NCBI RefSeq assembly: GCF_009914755.1
Contig: NC_060929.1
Reading direction: 5' to 3' (one strand)
DNA from: the human T2T-CHM13v2.0 reference genome, Homo sapiens
DNA length: 64,000 bases
This document shows positions 1 to 20,843 of the stretch, one piece after another. The notes beneath the pieces are model-generated. The model searched no databases. It saw only the letters and a program-made list of their open reading frames with translations, and was not told the DNA's origin. Numbering within the stretch: position 1 is the first letter of the stretch; each line of letters starts with the position of its first letter. Both the position numbers and the translations under genes were made by a program.

Positions 1-789
1 CACTCAACATAATGTTTGCTCCCTTATAATTTAACAATTAAAAGGCTGATAAATGAAAAACCTTTAGTATCTTCTTGCCTGAAAGAAAAAGTTCAAATTC
101 CCTTACCTAGTATTCATTGTCTTGCTCTAAATTATTATCTCTAGCTCAGCCCCAACTCTTCTCTTACAGAAACCCAACTTTCTAGTCAAATATATCTACT
201 CATTTTACTCTACAAACATGCCTTTTTTTCTATTTTCTATTCATACATCCTTACCCACTCCATCCAGCAGAACTCCAAGCACCAGTTTTTATTCTTCTAT
301 TACTGATACTCACTGCCCTAAAACTTATTAGTAAACTAATAATAATTTTCTTTGTTACAGTGAGGGAGAAGAGTGTGACTTTGGAAAAGCTCCAGGTTGC
401 TTGTGATACAACCTCTATTCCCCACCCTCTTTTGCTTGCCACTTAATTTGCTAAGACTTATGTGGTCAGTGACTTAGAAGACAGATTTAGGACTCATTTT
501 ACATGTCAGTCTTAAAGGGCAACCTTAATTCCACTGGACAGGAGTGGTCCAGGGAGATTCCTTGCTCTTGTACCTTTGTCGTTCTTAAAGTATGTATGCA
601 ATGTGTCTTTTAGAGGTTAACTACTAAAATCTGGCAAGTTTATCTTAAGCACTATTATAATTGTTTTGGAGACAACAAAAGAAATACAGGCATTCCAGTT
701 TATAAATGAGGTCCTGGAATTAAATGTTAGATTGTTTTATTTTGTTTTGTTTTTAAGTGAAACATGTTATTGAAAGTAATTAAGTTTGA

Positions 790-984
<195 letters not shown>

Positions 985-1070
985 TGATTTCTTTGTTCCT
1001 AACAGGATCAAAAGATTCTGAAAAGTTGTAGCAACTATAACTATAAAGGTACATTTAAAATAAATTATCA

Positions 1071-1645
<575 letters not shown>

Positions 1646-1704
1646 GATCATGTATTTAACGACTGACTGTTGAACTGTGTGTGTTTCTAATGAGACTTAT
1701 CTAA

Positions 1705-1893
<189 letters not shown>

Positions 1894-2405
1894 TAAGAGC
1901 AAGAATTTATTGGTATTAAATTGCTAGTAAAATGAATTGCTATTAAATTTTTAGTTCACTGTATTCAATAAATTATATTTTAATTTGAGGTTGAAAGTGG
2001 CTTAAATTGTCTTTGCTTTTTCTTTGTAGTTTTTTAAAAAAAATTTGGAGTTAATTTTATTGTTTATAGAAAATACAAATCAAATGCTATTACATTTACA
2101 TATCCCTCACATTGCTATGGCCCAAAGGAATCATTTGAAGAAGGAGCAATTAACCATGTGTTAGGCTTAAAGATTGTGTGTCGCCTAGTGTTCATCGAAT
2201 GATTACACAATAGTGCTTTTGTTTTTTAAAACTTTGGAGAATACTGAGAAAATGTACCAATATCTTATAGCTTTTATATGTTGGCATATTATGAATCATA
2301 TTGAATCATGCGATTTTTATTTTTTTAAAAGATTAACAGAAACATCTTGTAAGATGTGAACTTTATACATGTATAGTCTTGACAATTCTTTTTTTTAATT
2401 TCTAG

Positions 2406-2831
<426 letters not shown>

Positions 2832-2849
2832 TAAACTTCGAAAATTTAA

Positions 2850-3104
<255 letters not shown>

Positions 3105-3486
3105 TGACATATCCTAAAAGCATAATATTTTAATTTTGACAGTTCTGGTATAAGTTTAGTACTTCCCAAATTTCTGATAATAAGATGAGCTAAAATTTAA
3201 ATTTTTTCTAAGTATAATAGCAAGATTACGAGATCATATTCAGATTCCTTAGGCAATCCTTAAGGCATGTGCCACCGTGCCCAGCCACTTAAGCAAACAA
3301 TTTGTGAGGCATTTTAGAAGCATTGATTTAGTATGTTCCTTCAAATCAGTAAATATAGTAGCATTTAAAGAGTTCTAATAACTTACAGGATCTCACTATT
3401 AGCAATCAGTGTTATAAATCACCTATTGCTAACATTTTATAACCTAGTTTATTATTTTTATAGACATATAAACAAAACCATTTTTA

Positions 3487-3568
3487 AATAGTTTCTAAAA
3501 TGGATTTATCTTAGTTTTTTACAATTTAATAGTTTGTAAAATGGGTTTATCTTAGTTTTTACAATTTG
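3487..3568. repeat. Tandem duplication, 2 x 41 nt
   Basis: aatagtttctaaaatggatttatcttagttttttacaattt followed by a copy with 39/41 identity. Confidence 0.9.
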
Positions 3569-3719
3569 TGTGAAATAGGGTTTCTAATGTAAGTGGCAGT
3601 TAAATAACTAAACAATTATAGCAGATCTTCAAGTAAATTTGGATAATTAAGGGTTAAAATCCTCCTAATTGAAACAGTGCCCAACATACTCCTCCCTTTT
3701 TTTTTGGTGACATTTTTAG

Positions 3720-3878
<159 letters not shown>

Positions 3879-4059
3879 TAGGTACATTGACTGTCGAGGT
3901 GGTATATCTTAAGTGCAAATTCCATCTTAAGGAACAGAATTATATTACTTATATTACTTTTAATACAAATAATTTCCAAATCTTCATTTTTAAAAAATGT
4001 GAAGTAAATAAGGGGATGTGAATCGGGCATTTGATAAATACTGAATGGAATTAAGCTCA

Positions 4060-4818
<759 letters not shown>

Positions 4819-4960
4819 GAAGGACCTTCCAGGCATTAATATGATATTTAAAATATTGCTAATTTTCTATTATTAATTACTTAGTAGTATGAAAATTTGG
4901 ACTTGTTTCCTCATTTATAAAGTTTATACTTTAAAAATATTTGTCCTTTTCCTTTTCTGA

Positions 4961-5155
<195 letters not shown>

Positions 5156-5234
5156 TAGTTTTTTCTATCCTAAAGTTTAATTGTTTGCAGTTATTGCTCT
5201 AAGAAGGTTTTATTTTTTACTTATATCAACATAA

Positions 5235-5642
<408 letters not shown>

Positions 5643-6633
5643 TAGTTGGCATGTCCTTTCCTTACTTCTGCCCTTCAGCCTCCATCAAGATTTTGCTTAT
5701 GTGAAATACTTTTTTTCTTTTCTTTTTTTCTTTTTTTTCAAGCAATTCTCCTGTCTCAGCTTCCCGAGTAGCTGGGACTACAGGCGCCTGCCACCACGCC
5801 TGCCTAATTTTTGGAAATACTTTCTTTTAATCCCCCTCTTCTCTCCACAAAGTTTGTTAGATTCCTTTTCTCAGTATTCTCATTATGTTTTGTGCATTCT
5901 TCTTTTAGCAACATTGAGTTGCAGTTGTTTAATTTGTCATTCTTCCACAATTAAGATATGTAAGTATCTTCAGGACCTGAATTACATATTATTAACTCTT
6001 AAGTTCAGTTCTAGCACCTGGCTTGTCGTAGGAAATCAGTTGTTAAATGACAAAAAGCAGCTCTGGCTCTTGCTGGTGGAAGCATACATGAGTAAAATGT
6101 TTCTATAATACAGTTTGGAAAAATAGACTTTTTTGGATTTTTTAGTGCCTGTATCCTTTGATATTGACTATTTATCATACATAAACATTCACACAAACAT
6201 ATAGAAGTACATGACTCTGGCCGGGTGCAGTGGCTCACGCCTGTAATCCCAGCACTTTGGGAGGCCGAGGTGGTTGGATCACCTGAGGTCAGGAGTTTGA
6301 GACCAGTCTGGTCAACATAGTGAAACCCCATCTCTACTAAAAATACAAAAATTAGCCGGGCATGATGGCGCACACCTGTAATCCCAGCTAGTTGGGAGGC
6401 TGAGGCAGGAGAATCACTTCAACCACGAGGCAGAGGCTTCAGTGAGCCCAGGTTGCACCAACTGTACTCCAGCCTGGGTGATAGAGAGACTCTGCCTCAA
6501 AAAAAAAAAAAAAAAAAAGTAGTACATGATTCATTGTACCCTTATTTATAATAGTAAAAAAATGGAAACAATTCACTGTCCACCAGTGAAAAAAGTAATT
6601 AAATAAATTTGTTATCTATATAATAGAATATTA

Positions 6634-6968
<335 letters not shown>

Positions 6969-8174
6969 TTAAGCGTGACTAACCCTTGGTGGTAGAATTA
7001 TAGGGGACTTTCATCTTCTACATTTTTATTTTCCTGATAAAATACACAATGATGAAGTATTTTTCAGTAGGGGAGAAGGAGTACTTATGAGATGATGGAG
7101 TCTCTGTAAGCAGTACTTGGTTTCATTCAAAGTCATTAACCATCTACCAGCTTATAAAGCCTAATGAAATTTTAAAATCTGGAGTCAAATGGTCCGAATC
7201 AGGAAGAAGTAAATAACCTCCCTACACATTTAATAAAGTAAATCTCTTACTACTTTTGAAAAGTAATTAAAAGTATTTGTCCTTCTCATATTTATATTTT
7301 CCTTTTATAAAACAAATGGATTGCTTTAAATTGTAGATGTAGGCAAATTAACACCCTGAGCTACTACTATTCAAGATCATTTTGTAAGAGCAGATAATCA
7401 AGGATAAGTAACTTTGTTTATCCTTTGGAGTATTATTGTGGCACCATTAAATTAAAGTAATTTCATTCACTTTGTTAAGAAAAAAATGAGAGGCCAGGCA
7501 TAGTGGCTCATGCCTGTAATCCCATAATCCCAACACTTTTGGAGGCCAAGGTGAGAAGATCGCTTGAGCCCAGGAGTTTGAGGACAGCCTGGGCAACATA
7601 GACCCTGTCTCTACCAAAGAAAAAAATTTGTTTTTAATTTAAATAAATGCGAGATTACTATTGTATGTTTCCTTTTTATTATACTTGTTTTACTTTGGAA
7701 AATTTTACTGTGTTTAAGACATAATAAGACCATATTTGGAATCTGCTCATTAATAAATTATAATTGTTGGCATATAAACTGTTCAAATTTACCTAGCAAT
7801 ATAAAGATTTCAGGTACAGTGTATACTTGCCCTAGTAAGCAGTACTTTCAAACTCTTCAATAAACAAAACAAAACTTTGCATCATTTATTTATACATAAA
7901 CCATAAACCAAGTACATACCATTCTTAATTGAAATAAGTCCAAATTCCTCTACTTACCAATTCTGCTTGATATTTGAAAGTTAAAATGTTTCTTCTAAAA
8001 TGTTCTAAAATTCACATTTTTAAAATTTTGGACTTACTGAAACTTAGTAAGGTTTTACTGTGAATACTTTCAAAACTGTAAACAGAAAAACATATATAGC
8101 TATATAATAACTTTTAAATAACAAGTCTATTTTTAAATTACTAATTTAAAGGTTTTTTTTCTCCCTTTTGCTAG

Positions 8175-8471
<297 letters not shown>

Positions 8472-9648
8472 TGATTTTTAAAAAGCAATCTGTGACTAAA
8501 AGAAAGGTCTGAAGCTATCACTATAGAAAATATTCTTACCTGAATACACATAAAATTAAATATTATTCAGCCTTTAAAAAGAGGGACATTCTGGCTGGTA
8601 GCATGGTGGTTCACGCCTGTTAATCCCAGCAATTTGGGAGGCTGAGGCGGGAGTACCACCTGAGGACAGGAGTTCAAGACCAGCCTGGCCAATATGGTGA
8701 AACCCTGTGCCTACTAAAAATACAAAAATTAGCCGGACATGGTGGCAGGTGCTTGTAATCCCAGCTACTCAGGAGGCCGAGGCAGAAGAATCGCTTACAG
8801 GTGTGAGCCACCATGCCTGGCCGTCACAGAAAATTTTTTAAAAAGAAAATGAGGCTGGGAACAGTGGCTCACATCTGTAATCCTAGCACTTTGGGAGGCC
8901 AAGGTGGGTGGATCACCTGAGGTCAGGAGTTCGAGACCAGTCTCTCCAACATGGTGAAACCCTGTCTCTACTAAAAATACATAACTTAGCCAGGTGTGGT
9001 GGCAGGCGCCTGTAGTCTCAGCTACTCAGGAGGCTGAGACACGAGAATCACTTGAACCTGGGAGATGGAGGTTGCAGTGAGCCAAGATTACGCCACTTTA
9101 CTCCAGCCTGGGCAACAGAGTGAGACTCTATCCAAAACAAAAAGAAAATGAAAATATATTTGTTCTTAAATGTTAGTTTTTAAATGATTATAATTATATA
9201 GTCCTTTTCATAGTGACAGCTGAATAGATATTAGTTGCAAGGTAAACACAGTGTGCTATTATGAACCTTCATTACGAAAAGGAAATTCTTACTCCTTTTT
9301 TAGAAATTTTTATTGCACTATAAAAAAAATGGAGGAAGTACTAATCATTTATTATGCTGAATTGTTTATTCTGATTGCTTAATATAAGTAATGTGGGTAA
9401 TGTCAAAACTTGCCTCAAGTATGATTTTTGGGAAGCCTTTCCAGACAAAGTACACCATAAAATTTGGCACGCTGTGTCATGAGTGCCTATGTCCTTATAT
9501 TTTTACCACTGTATTCTGAATTCCTTGAGGGCAGTGACCATGTTTTAGGCATTTTGAAGTACTAGCCAGTAGCAGAGTATGTGGTGCACAGTAGGTATCC
9601 AGTAATATTAGTAGAATGTATTAAAAAACTAAATTAGATGTGCCTTAA

Positions 9649-9990
<342 letters not shown>

Positions 9991-10029
9991 TAAATAATAA
10001 AACAAAACGAGGCCAAAAAAGAAATATAA

Positions 10030-11590
<1,561 letters not shown>

Positions 11591-11591
11591 T

Positions 11592-12355
11592 TAGCTGTGC
11601 ATGGTGGCTCATGCCTGTAATCCAGCACTTTGGGAGGCTGAGGTGAGCAGATCACCTGAGGCCAGGAGTTCAAGGTCAGCCTGGCCAACATGGTGAAAGT
11701 CCATCTCTACTAAAAATACAAAAATTAGGGTCGGGCACGGTGGCTCACGCCTGTAATCCCAGCACTTTGGGAGGCTGAGGCAGGCAGATCACGAGGTCAG
11801 GTGATTGAGACCATCCTGGCTAACATGATGAAACCCCATCTCTACTAAAAATATAAAAAATTAGCCGGGCATGGTGGCGGGCACCTGTAATCCAAGCTAC
11901 TCAGGAGGCTGAGTCAGTAGAATCGCTTGAACCCAGGAGGTGGAGGTTGCAGTGAGCTGAGATCACGCCATGGCAACAGAGCGAGACTGGCAACAGAGAG
12001 AGACTCTGTCCTTCCCCACACACAAAAAAAAAAATTAGGCCTGGCACGGTGGCTCAGGCCTGTAATCCCAGCACTTTGGGAGGCCAAGGCTGGCGGATCA
12101 CAACGTCAGGAGATTGAGACCATCCTGGCTAACATGGTGAAACCCCGTCTCTACTAAAAAAAAATACAAAAAATTAGCCAGGCACCGTGGTGGGCACCTG
12201 TAGTCCCAGCTCCTCGGGAGGCTGAGGCAGGAGAATGGCATGAACCTGGGAGGCGGAGCTTGCAGTGAGCCATGAACCTGGGAGGCGGAGCTTGCAGTGA
12301 GCCGAGATCACGCCACACTGCACTCCAGCCCGGGCCACAGAGCGAGACTCCGTCT

Positions 12356-12410
<55 letters not shown>

Positions 12411-12565
12411 AGCTGGGTGTAGTAGTATCGCACACCTGTAATCCCAACTACCTGAGTGGCTGAAGCATGAGAATCACTTCAACCCAGGAGGCAGAGGTTG
12501 CAGTGAGCCAAAAATCACACCACTGTACTCCAGCCTGGGCAACAGAGCAAGACTGTCTCAAAGGA
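11592..12565 (+). mobile_element. Nested cluster of three Alus
   Basis: Left arm 11592-11727, two complete Alus, 52-A tail (12357-12408), then the host right arm at 12409-12565. Confidence 0.85.
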
Positions 12566-13055
12566 AAAACAGTCATGTAGAAAAATAAGATGAGAATATA
12601 AACCAGCAATTCCTAGAAATAAACAAATATAAAATAGACTCTCTTTCACCTCGTGGTTTACTACATCATATTAAAGTAATTGGGATCTGCTGATGAAAAG
12701 ATAGCATCTTGAATATTTAAGTTCTATCATCTTAACCCATTGTTTTCATAAATAAAATTAGTAAAGTTATCTCACCTCATAGTTAGTGGATAGTAGTACA
12801 TCATGGGGTTTTTTTAAGTTTTTGTTTGTTTGTTTTGTTTTTAAATAGAGCTGGGGTTTCTCAATGTTGCCCGGGCTGGTCTTGAAATCCTGAGCTCAAG
12901 CTTTGGCCTTCCAAAGTGAGGGATTATGGGCGTGAGCCACCGCGCCTGGCCTAAAGTATTTTTTATTTCAATAATAATATATGTCTGTTGTAGGCCAGGC
13001 GTGGCGGCTCACACCTGTAATCCCAGAACTTTGGGAGGCCGAGGCGGGCGGATCA

Positions 13056-13398
<343 letters not shown>

Positions 13399-13858
13399 TC
13401 ACATAATTTTACCACCTGGAAAGAAATACTTTTTGTTTCCTTCCCATTCTACAAAAAGCCATGTAAAGAAACATTTTTACAAGTTGTTTCCATATTAAAA
13501 TTTTGAAAATAAAAATGGCAAAAAACTTTTGTAATGTTTTATAAATTTTCTCCCCACTTAATAATGTCATGTTGATTAATATTCTAATACATTGTTAATG
13601 ACTGCATTATTACATTGTATGGGCAGTCAATCATTTATTTAACCAATCCTCTGTTGTTGAACATTGAGGATATCTTTTGAATGTGTTATCTCTATATAAC
13701 AAATAATGTGCATATGAATGTGTCCGTGTAAAGGAGAACTTGTAGTTCATTGAATGTGTCTAGGTCATGATTAGAATAGGCAGAGTTGTGCTGTATCAGG
13801 GAAAATAAGGGTACTGCTATTGATAAGAGCCCATTTTAGGTATAAAGATAACTGTAAC

Positions 13859-14210
<352 letters not shown>

Positions 14211-14514
14211 TCAGAGCTGCCATACTAGCATCATTCCTAGGTGAGATTTTTTTTCCCCCACACATCTGTAGCCTCCAGAAATAGATCAGAATATTTTAGG
14301 CACCTTTACTTTAAGCTATTTTCCCATCTCCTATTCCTTCCTGCTTCTGGCTTCTCATTATGGCTGGTTTTTTGTTTGTTTTGTTTTGTATTTTAAAGAG
14401 CTTAATAGTGATCCTGGACCAAGGAATCTGTGTGTTTACTTTCTGTCAGAAAGCATCTCCATTGTGTTGTGTAAAGTAGCCTGTATGACCATTTATATCA
14501 CCTCTTTTATTTGA

Positions 14515-15077
<563 letters not shown>

Positions 15078-15647
15078 AATCTTCCAAATCTGTAACGGTA
15101 ATATAGCTTACTTTTTACATCTAGATTTGTTTTATATCTAAAAATTGCTAAAATAAATGAAGTTTTGTGTTTAGAGGATAAGCTTTAATTAATATAAAAA
15201 AATTCATTTATGAGTTTGATTAATCTTGGTTTCCAGTAGATTATCAAAAAATAAGTTATTATAAATATATTCCTAAATTAGTAATAATCAACTTGGCAGG
15301 GTATATGCTATGTTTGGAGATAGAGGTCAGAATAGTTACTAAAGCCCTGTTCTAGATGTGCCAAATTGGAAACAATGGCTGTTTTCCTTTTCTACTGTGA
15401 ATGTCAAATCAGTAATTTACTGACCTAAAAGAGTCTAATATTTTAACTAACTAAATGATGAATATTACTTCGAAGATTTATCTTGGACTACTGTAACTGT
15501 TTGTTTGTTTGTTTACTCATTCATTTTAGAGACAAGATCTCACTATGTTGCCCAGGCTGGTCTCAAACTCCTGGGCTCAAGCGATCCTCCTGCCTCAGCC
15601 TCCCTGGGCCACTGTGCCTGGCCTGTAACTATTTTAAAAATGTGACA

Positions 15648-15879
15648 CAGGTTTAATATTCCTTATCTAAAATGCTTGGAACCAGAAGTGTTTTCGATTT
15701 GCGATTTTATTTTTTTTAATACTCGCATTACGCTTACCAGTTGAGCATCCCTAATCTGAAAATCCAAATCCAAAATGCTCCAATGAGCATTTCCTTTTAA
15801 CACCATCTTGGCACTCAAAAAGTTTCAGATTTTAGAGCGTCTCAGATTTCGTATTTTCAGATTAAAGATACTCAACCCG
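15648..15879. mobile_element. Tigger4a/MER46-like non-autonomous TcMar-Tigger DNA transposon
   Basis: Begins caggtttaatattccttatctaaaatgcttggaaccagaagtg, has internal ttgagcatccctaatctgaaaatcc, and ends gatactcaacccg (degenerate TIRs). Confidence 0.75.
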
Positions 15880-15959
15880 TATCAACTATGTACAGCATAT
15901 TAAGACGTGTGTACTAAATGCATTACTCTAAATGCTTCAAAATATCTGGATTTTTATAA

Positions 15960-16133
<174 letters not shown>

Positions 16134-17580
16134 GATAACTCAAGAATTACCCCTGGAGAATAAACAATGAAGATTAAATGACTCAGTATTTGTAATATTG
16201 CCAGAAGGATAAAAATTACACATTAACTGTACAGAAACAGAGTTCCCTACTACTGGATCAAGGAATCTTTCTTGAAGGAAATTTAAATACAGAATGAAAC
16301 ATTAATGGTAAAAGTGGAGTAATTATTTAAATTATGTGTATAAAAGGAATCAAATTTTGAGTAAACATGATGTATTACATCATCTTCGAAAATAGATATG
16401 ATGGATTCTAGTGAAGACCAAAATTACTTCTGTTTACTTTCTATCAGGAAGCATCTCCATTGTAAATATGTATTTACATGTTTATTACAAAGACCCAAAT
16501 GAAAAATTTTTAGTCCATTTTTTGCATAGCCTAAAGATAAAATAGGAATAAAAGTTCTATATTTATGGATTTTCTGTATATAAAACTGGTTTCTAATTAT
16601 AACTTAAGTCCATTAAGTAAAATCTGTATTGCCACTTTAAATGTAAACTAAATTATTTGGGAGAAACTTCAACCACTGATATGAGATAAGCAATGAGAAT
16701 AGGGAAGTGTATAACATCACAGTTTTTGATGTATTACAAAAATCAACCACTCTATAAAATAAATTTTTTTTACTTTTGGTAATATTTGCAAATGAATAAT
16801 TAATTTATTAGGGTAAAGAACTTATACTAAGTTGTGTCCATGTTATTCATTTACTTACCATGTTCCTTTAAAGTAGAATATTTCCTTTCTTGTTATATAT
16901 TTGACATTCCAAGCTGCTTATCAAGCTGGTATCCAAGCAGTGGTAAGCTTTCATCCTTTCTTAGCTCCATAACGTTGTGAAACAGCCAGTTAAGAGAATC
17001 GTAAATAATTGTCAACTCACAGTTGAATTCTCTGCCTATGTAGGTAACTTTTTTCTAATTTCTGGAACATATAGATATATAAGAAATATCAAAGAATAGG
17101 TAGTTATTTCAAAGTTTAATAAGTAAAACTTGTTCATAAACATTTGAGCACCATGAAATCAAAATACCCTATAACTACTTTCTATAGTCATATCTAATTT
17201 ATATTTTTTTCATTTCCAGTTGTAACTAGATATGTAGTAAAGTCTGAAAAGACTTTACCATAGACAATAACATGCAGTTTTATCAGCACCAAAGAATGTT
17301 GTCCAAAAGAAACTTTTTAATACCTGTCTTTCTATTTATAACATCTGAATATTTTCATTCTTATATTAAGAATTTTGATAAGTAGATTGAATTTAGTATG
17401 AGTACTATTTTCTTATATATACCACAATGGCAAACATGTATTATAAATCATATTTTTGTCTTACCAATTTTAATATATGAGGGGTTTTAGAAATTTGTTG
17501 TAAGTTATTTTTATATTCCTTGTCTTTTGCATATTTTTTGGCCAAAATCTTCAATACATATTAAAATTTTTGAGTGGTGG
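16134..17580 (+). other. SLC30A5: SLC30A5 3' UTR with tandem polyadenylation signals
   Basis: Repeat-free AT-rich tract after the stop; AATAAA at 16159, 16547 and 16758, ATTAAA at 17560. The 3' end is inferred. Confidence 0.65.
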
Positions 17581-19044
17581 GAAAATAATTGCATATTGAT
17601 GTTTTAATGCAATTTTTATACATTAAAAAATTAAGTAGATAGGTGCAATAAATATTACACCAAAGTTAAAATTGTCATTTCCCTTAGAAGACATATAAAC
17701 AGCAAAAAAATTAATGTGATTGTGAGATATTAGAGTGAGAGAGAGCAGGGGCTGAAGGTTAGGGAGGTACAATTATAAAGTATGGAAACTCTAATATTGA
17801 AAGCACCAGGGTACTGTATTTCAGCTCATGCAAATCATGCAACTAGGCCAGGTGCAGTGTCTCTTGCCTGAAATCCTGGCACTTTGGGAGGCTAAAGCAA
17901 AAGGATAGCTTGAGCCCAGGAGTTTGAGAACAGCCTGAGCAACATAGCAAGATTCCATCTCTACAAAAATTTTTAAAAATTAGCTGGGGCATGGTGGCAC
18001 ATACCTCTTGGGAGGCTGAGGCAGGAGGATTGCTTGAACCTAGGAGGCCAAGGCTGCAGTGAGCCATGATGGCACCACTGCTCTCCAGCCTGGGTGACAC
18101 AGAAAGATTTTATCTCAAAAAAAAAAAAAAAAAATTCATGCAACTTTAGGCAAATCAGCCTTTCTGAGGTATCTTTTTTTTTTCCTCATATATAAACTAT
18201 ATAAAACCTGCTCAAATTTACAGCACAGGATATGGGAACAAAAGGTATAATGTATGTGAAAATGCAGTGGAAGTTGAAAAAGGCTAAATAGGCCGGGTGC
18301 GGTGGCTCACGCCTGTAATCCCAGCACTTTGGGAGGCCGAGGTGGGCGGATCACGAGGTCAGGAGATCGAGACCATCCTGGCTAACATGGTGAAACCCTG
18401 TCTCTACTAAAAATGCAAAAAATTAGCCAGATGTGGTGGCAGGCGCCTGTAGTCCCAGCTACTCGGCAGGCTAAGGCAGGAGAATGGCGTTAACCTGGGA
18501 GGCGGAGCTGGCAGGCAGCCGAGATAGCACCACTGCACTCTAGCCTGGGTGACAGAGCAAGACTCCATCTCAAAAACAAAAAAGAAAAAGGCTAAATACG
18601 AAGAATTGTTACTTTTTAAGCCTGACTTCAAAGGTAGCCGTCATTAACTTGTCTCTTTTTTTCTATAAATTAGCATCTCAAGAGATTAATTAGATGTTTA
18701 ACATATAAATAAGTTAAAAATAATGCCCAAAATAGAAGCCTGTTTTGAGGGAGGGGAGTTTGGATTTTTTTTTCAGAGACAAGGTCTCACTCTGTTGCCC
18801 AGGCTGGAGTGCAATGACATGATCATTGCTCACTGCAGCCTTGAACTCCTGAGCTCAAGCAATCCTCCCACCTCAGCCTCTCCAGTAGGTAGGACTGCAG
18901 GTGCACATTACCATGCCCAGCTAATTTATTGTTTGTAGAGACAGGGTCTCACCATGTTGCCCATGCAAGTCTCGGAACTCCTGGGCTCAAGTGATCCTCC
19001 CACCTCTTCTTCCCAAAGTATGAGGATTATAGCCATCCTGGCTA

Positions 19045-19273
<229 letters not shown>

Positions 19274-19654
19274 TTATGGCTTTTTGTGTTTTATTTATGT
19301 TTTTATTTATTAGTTTTTAGAGTCTCGCTCTGTCGCCAGGCTTGAGTGCAGTGGTGCAATCTGGCTCACTGTAACCTCCACCTCCTGGGTTCAAACGATT
19401 CTCCTGCCTCAGCCTCCTGAGTAGCTGGGACTACAGGTGCACGCCACTACGCCCAGCTAATTTTTGTATTTTTTTTTTAGTAGAGACAGAGTTTCACCAT
19501 GTTGGCCAGGATGGTCTCGACCTCGACCTTGTGATCCATCCGCCCACCTCGGCCTCCCAAAGTGTGGGATTACAGGCATCAGCCACCGTGCCCGGCCTGT
19601 GTTTTATTTTTAATTATAATTATTTTCTTCTGTTATAGCAATTTATGGCGTTTT

Positions 19655-20020
19655 AAACATTCAGTAAATTAACTCATAACAAATACTGAAGGCCTTTATA
19701 CTAAATACACTGCACTAGGAGCTAGGGATAAAGTCATCAGTAATACAAAGTCCTGCCCTAATGGAGCTTACTTCTAATGTAGAAGACAAGACCAGTATGT
19801 AATAAAATGTAGTAAGTGCTGTGAAGAAAAGCAATAACTTACTGAACTTTTGCCATGTTCCAGATGGACACTGTTCTAAACAATAAATATGTGTAATTAT
19901 TATTTCCATTTTACTGATGCAGAAACTGAGGCAGGAAAAGGTTAATTAACCTGCCCCAAATCATACACGTTATAAGTGGGAAAGCCAATTTTCTCAACTA
20001 GGCACTCTGGATTCAGGGTT
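19655..20020 (-). mobile_element. L2 3' fragment followed by a MIR fragment
   Basis: gtcctgccctaatggagctta (L2); ccattttactgatgcagaaactgaggc (MIR core, reverse). Confidence 0.6.
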
Positions 20021-20632
20021 GAGACTCAACTAAAGCAGCGTTCAAGGACAGAGTTATAGAGGTGCCAGAGAGTGGTTGAAGAGGATTTCTATGGAAGAAG
20101 ACTTCAGCACTGCATTGAAGTCAGGAGGCAAACAATCTCCAGGATTCTAAACCATCTTCTACTAACAGCTACTATTCTAGACTGAGAGAACATCAAATGA
20201 AATGCAAGGACATTTGAGACAGGAGGTGCTTAGCATGATTAAAAAAAAAAGAAGCAAGAGGCCGGTGATCGCAGCAAACTTAGACAGACAGCATGTTGAG
20301 AACTTGGAAAGTCTGTGGATGGCTCCAAATAAGGTACTGACTTGAGCCAATGTGTTTCAAAAGAATCAGGGTAGGAGAGCAAGAGTGGAATCTAGGGGAC
20401 AGTTGGAAGGCTTTTGCTGAAGCTGAAATGAGAGAGGATGGTGACTTGAACTAAGTAACATATTCATGGCCCCTTATTTATAAACTTGAAAGATGAATCA
20501 GATACAAACCCTACCTTCAATATGCTTGTTACAGTAGGGAAGAGAAGACATAAGTAACTGAGAGATTAGAGAGATTTGATGCCACAAGCAAATAGCAAAC
20601 TTCAGAATGTGGAGGTTACTTTTATTTTATGA

Positions 20633-20740
<108 letters not shown>

Positions 20741-20843
20741 TAGCTGGGACTACAGGTGCATGCCACCACGCCTGGCTAATTTTTTATTTTTTGTTGAAAC
20801 AGGTTCTATGTTGTCCAGATTGGTCTCAAACTCCTGGGCTCCA

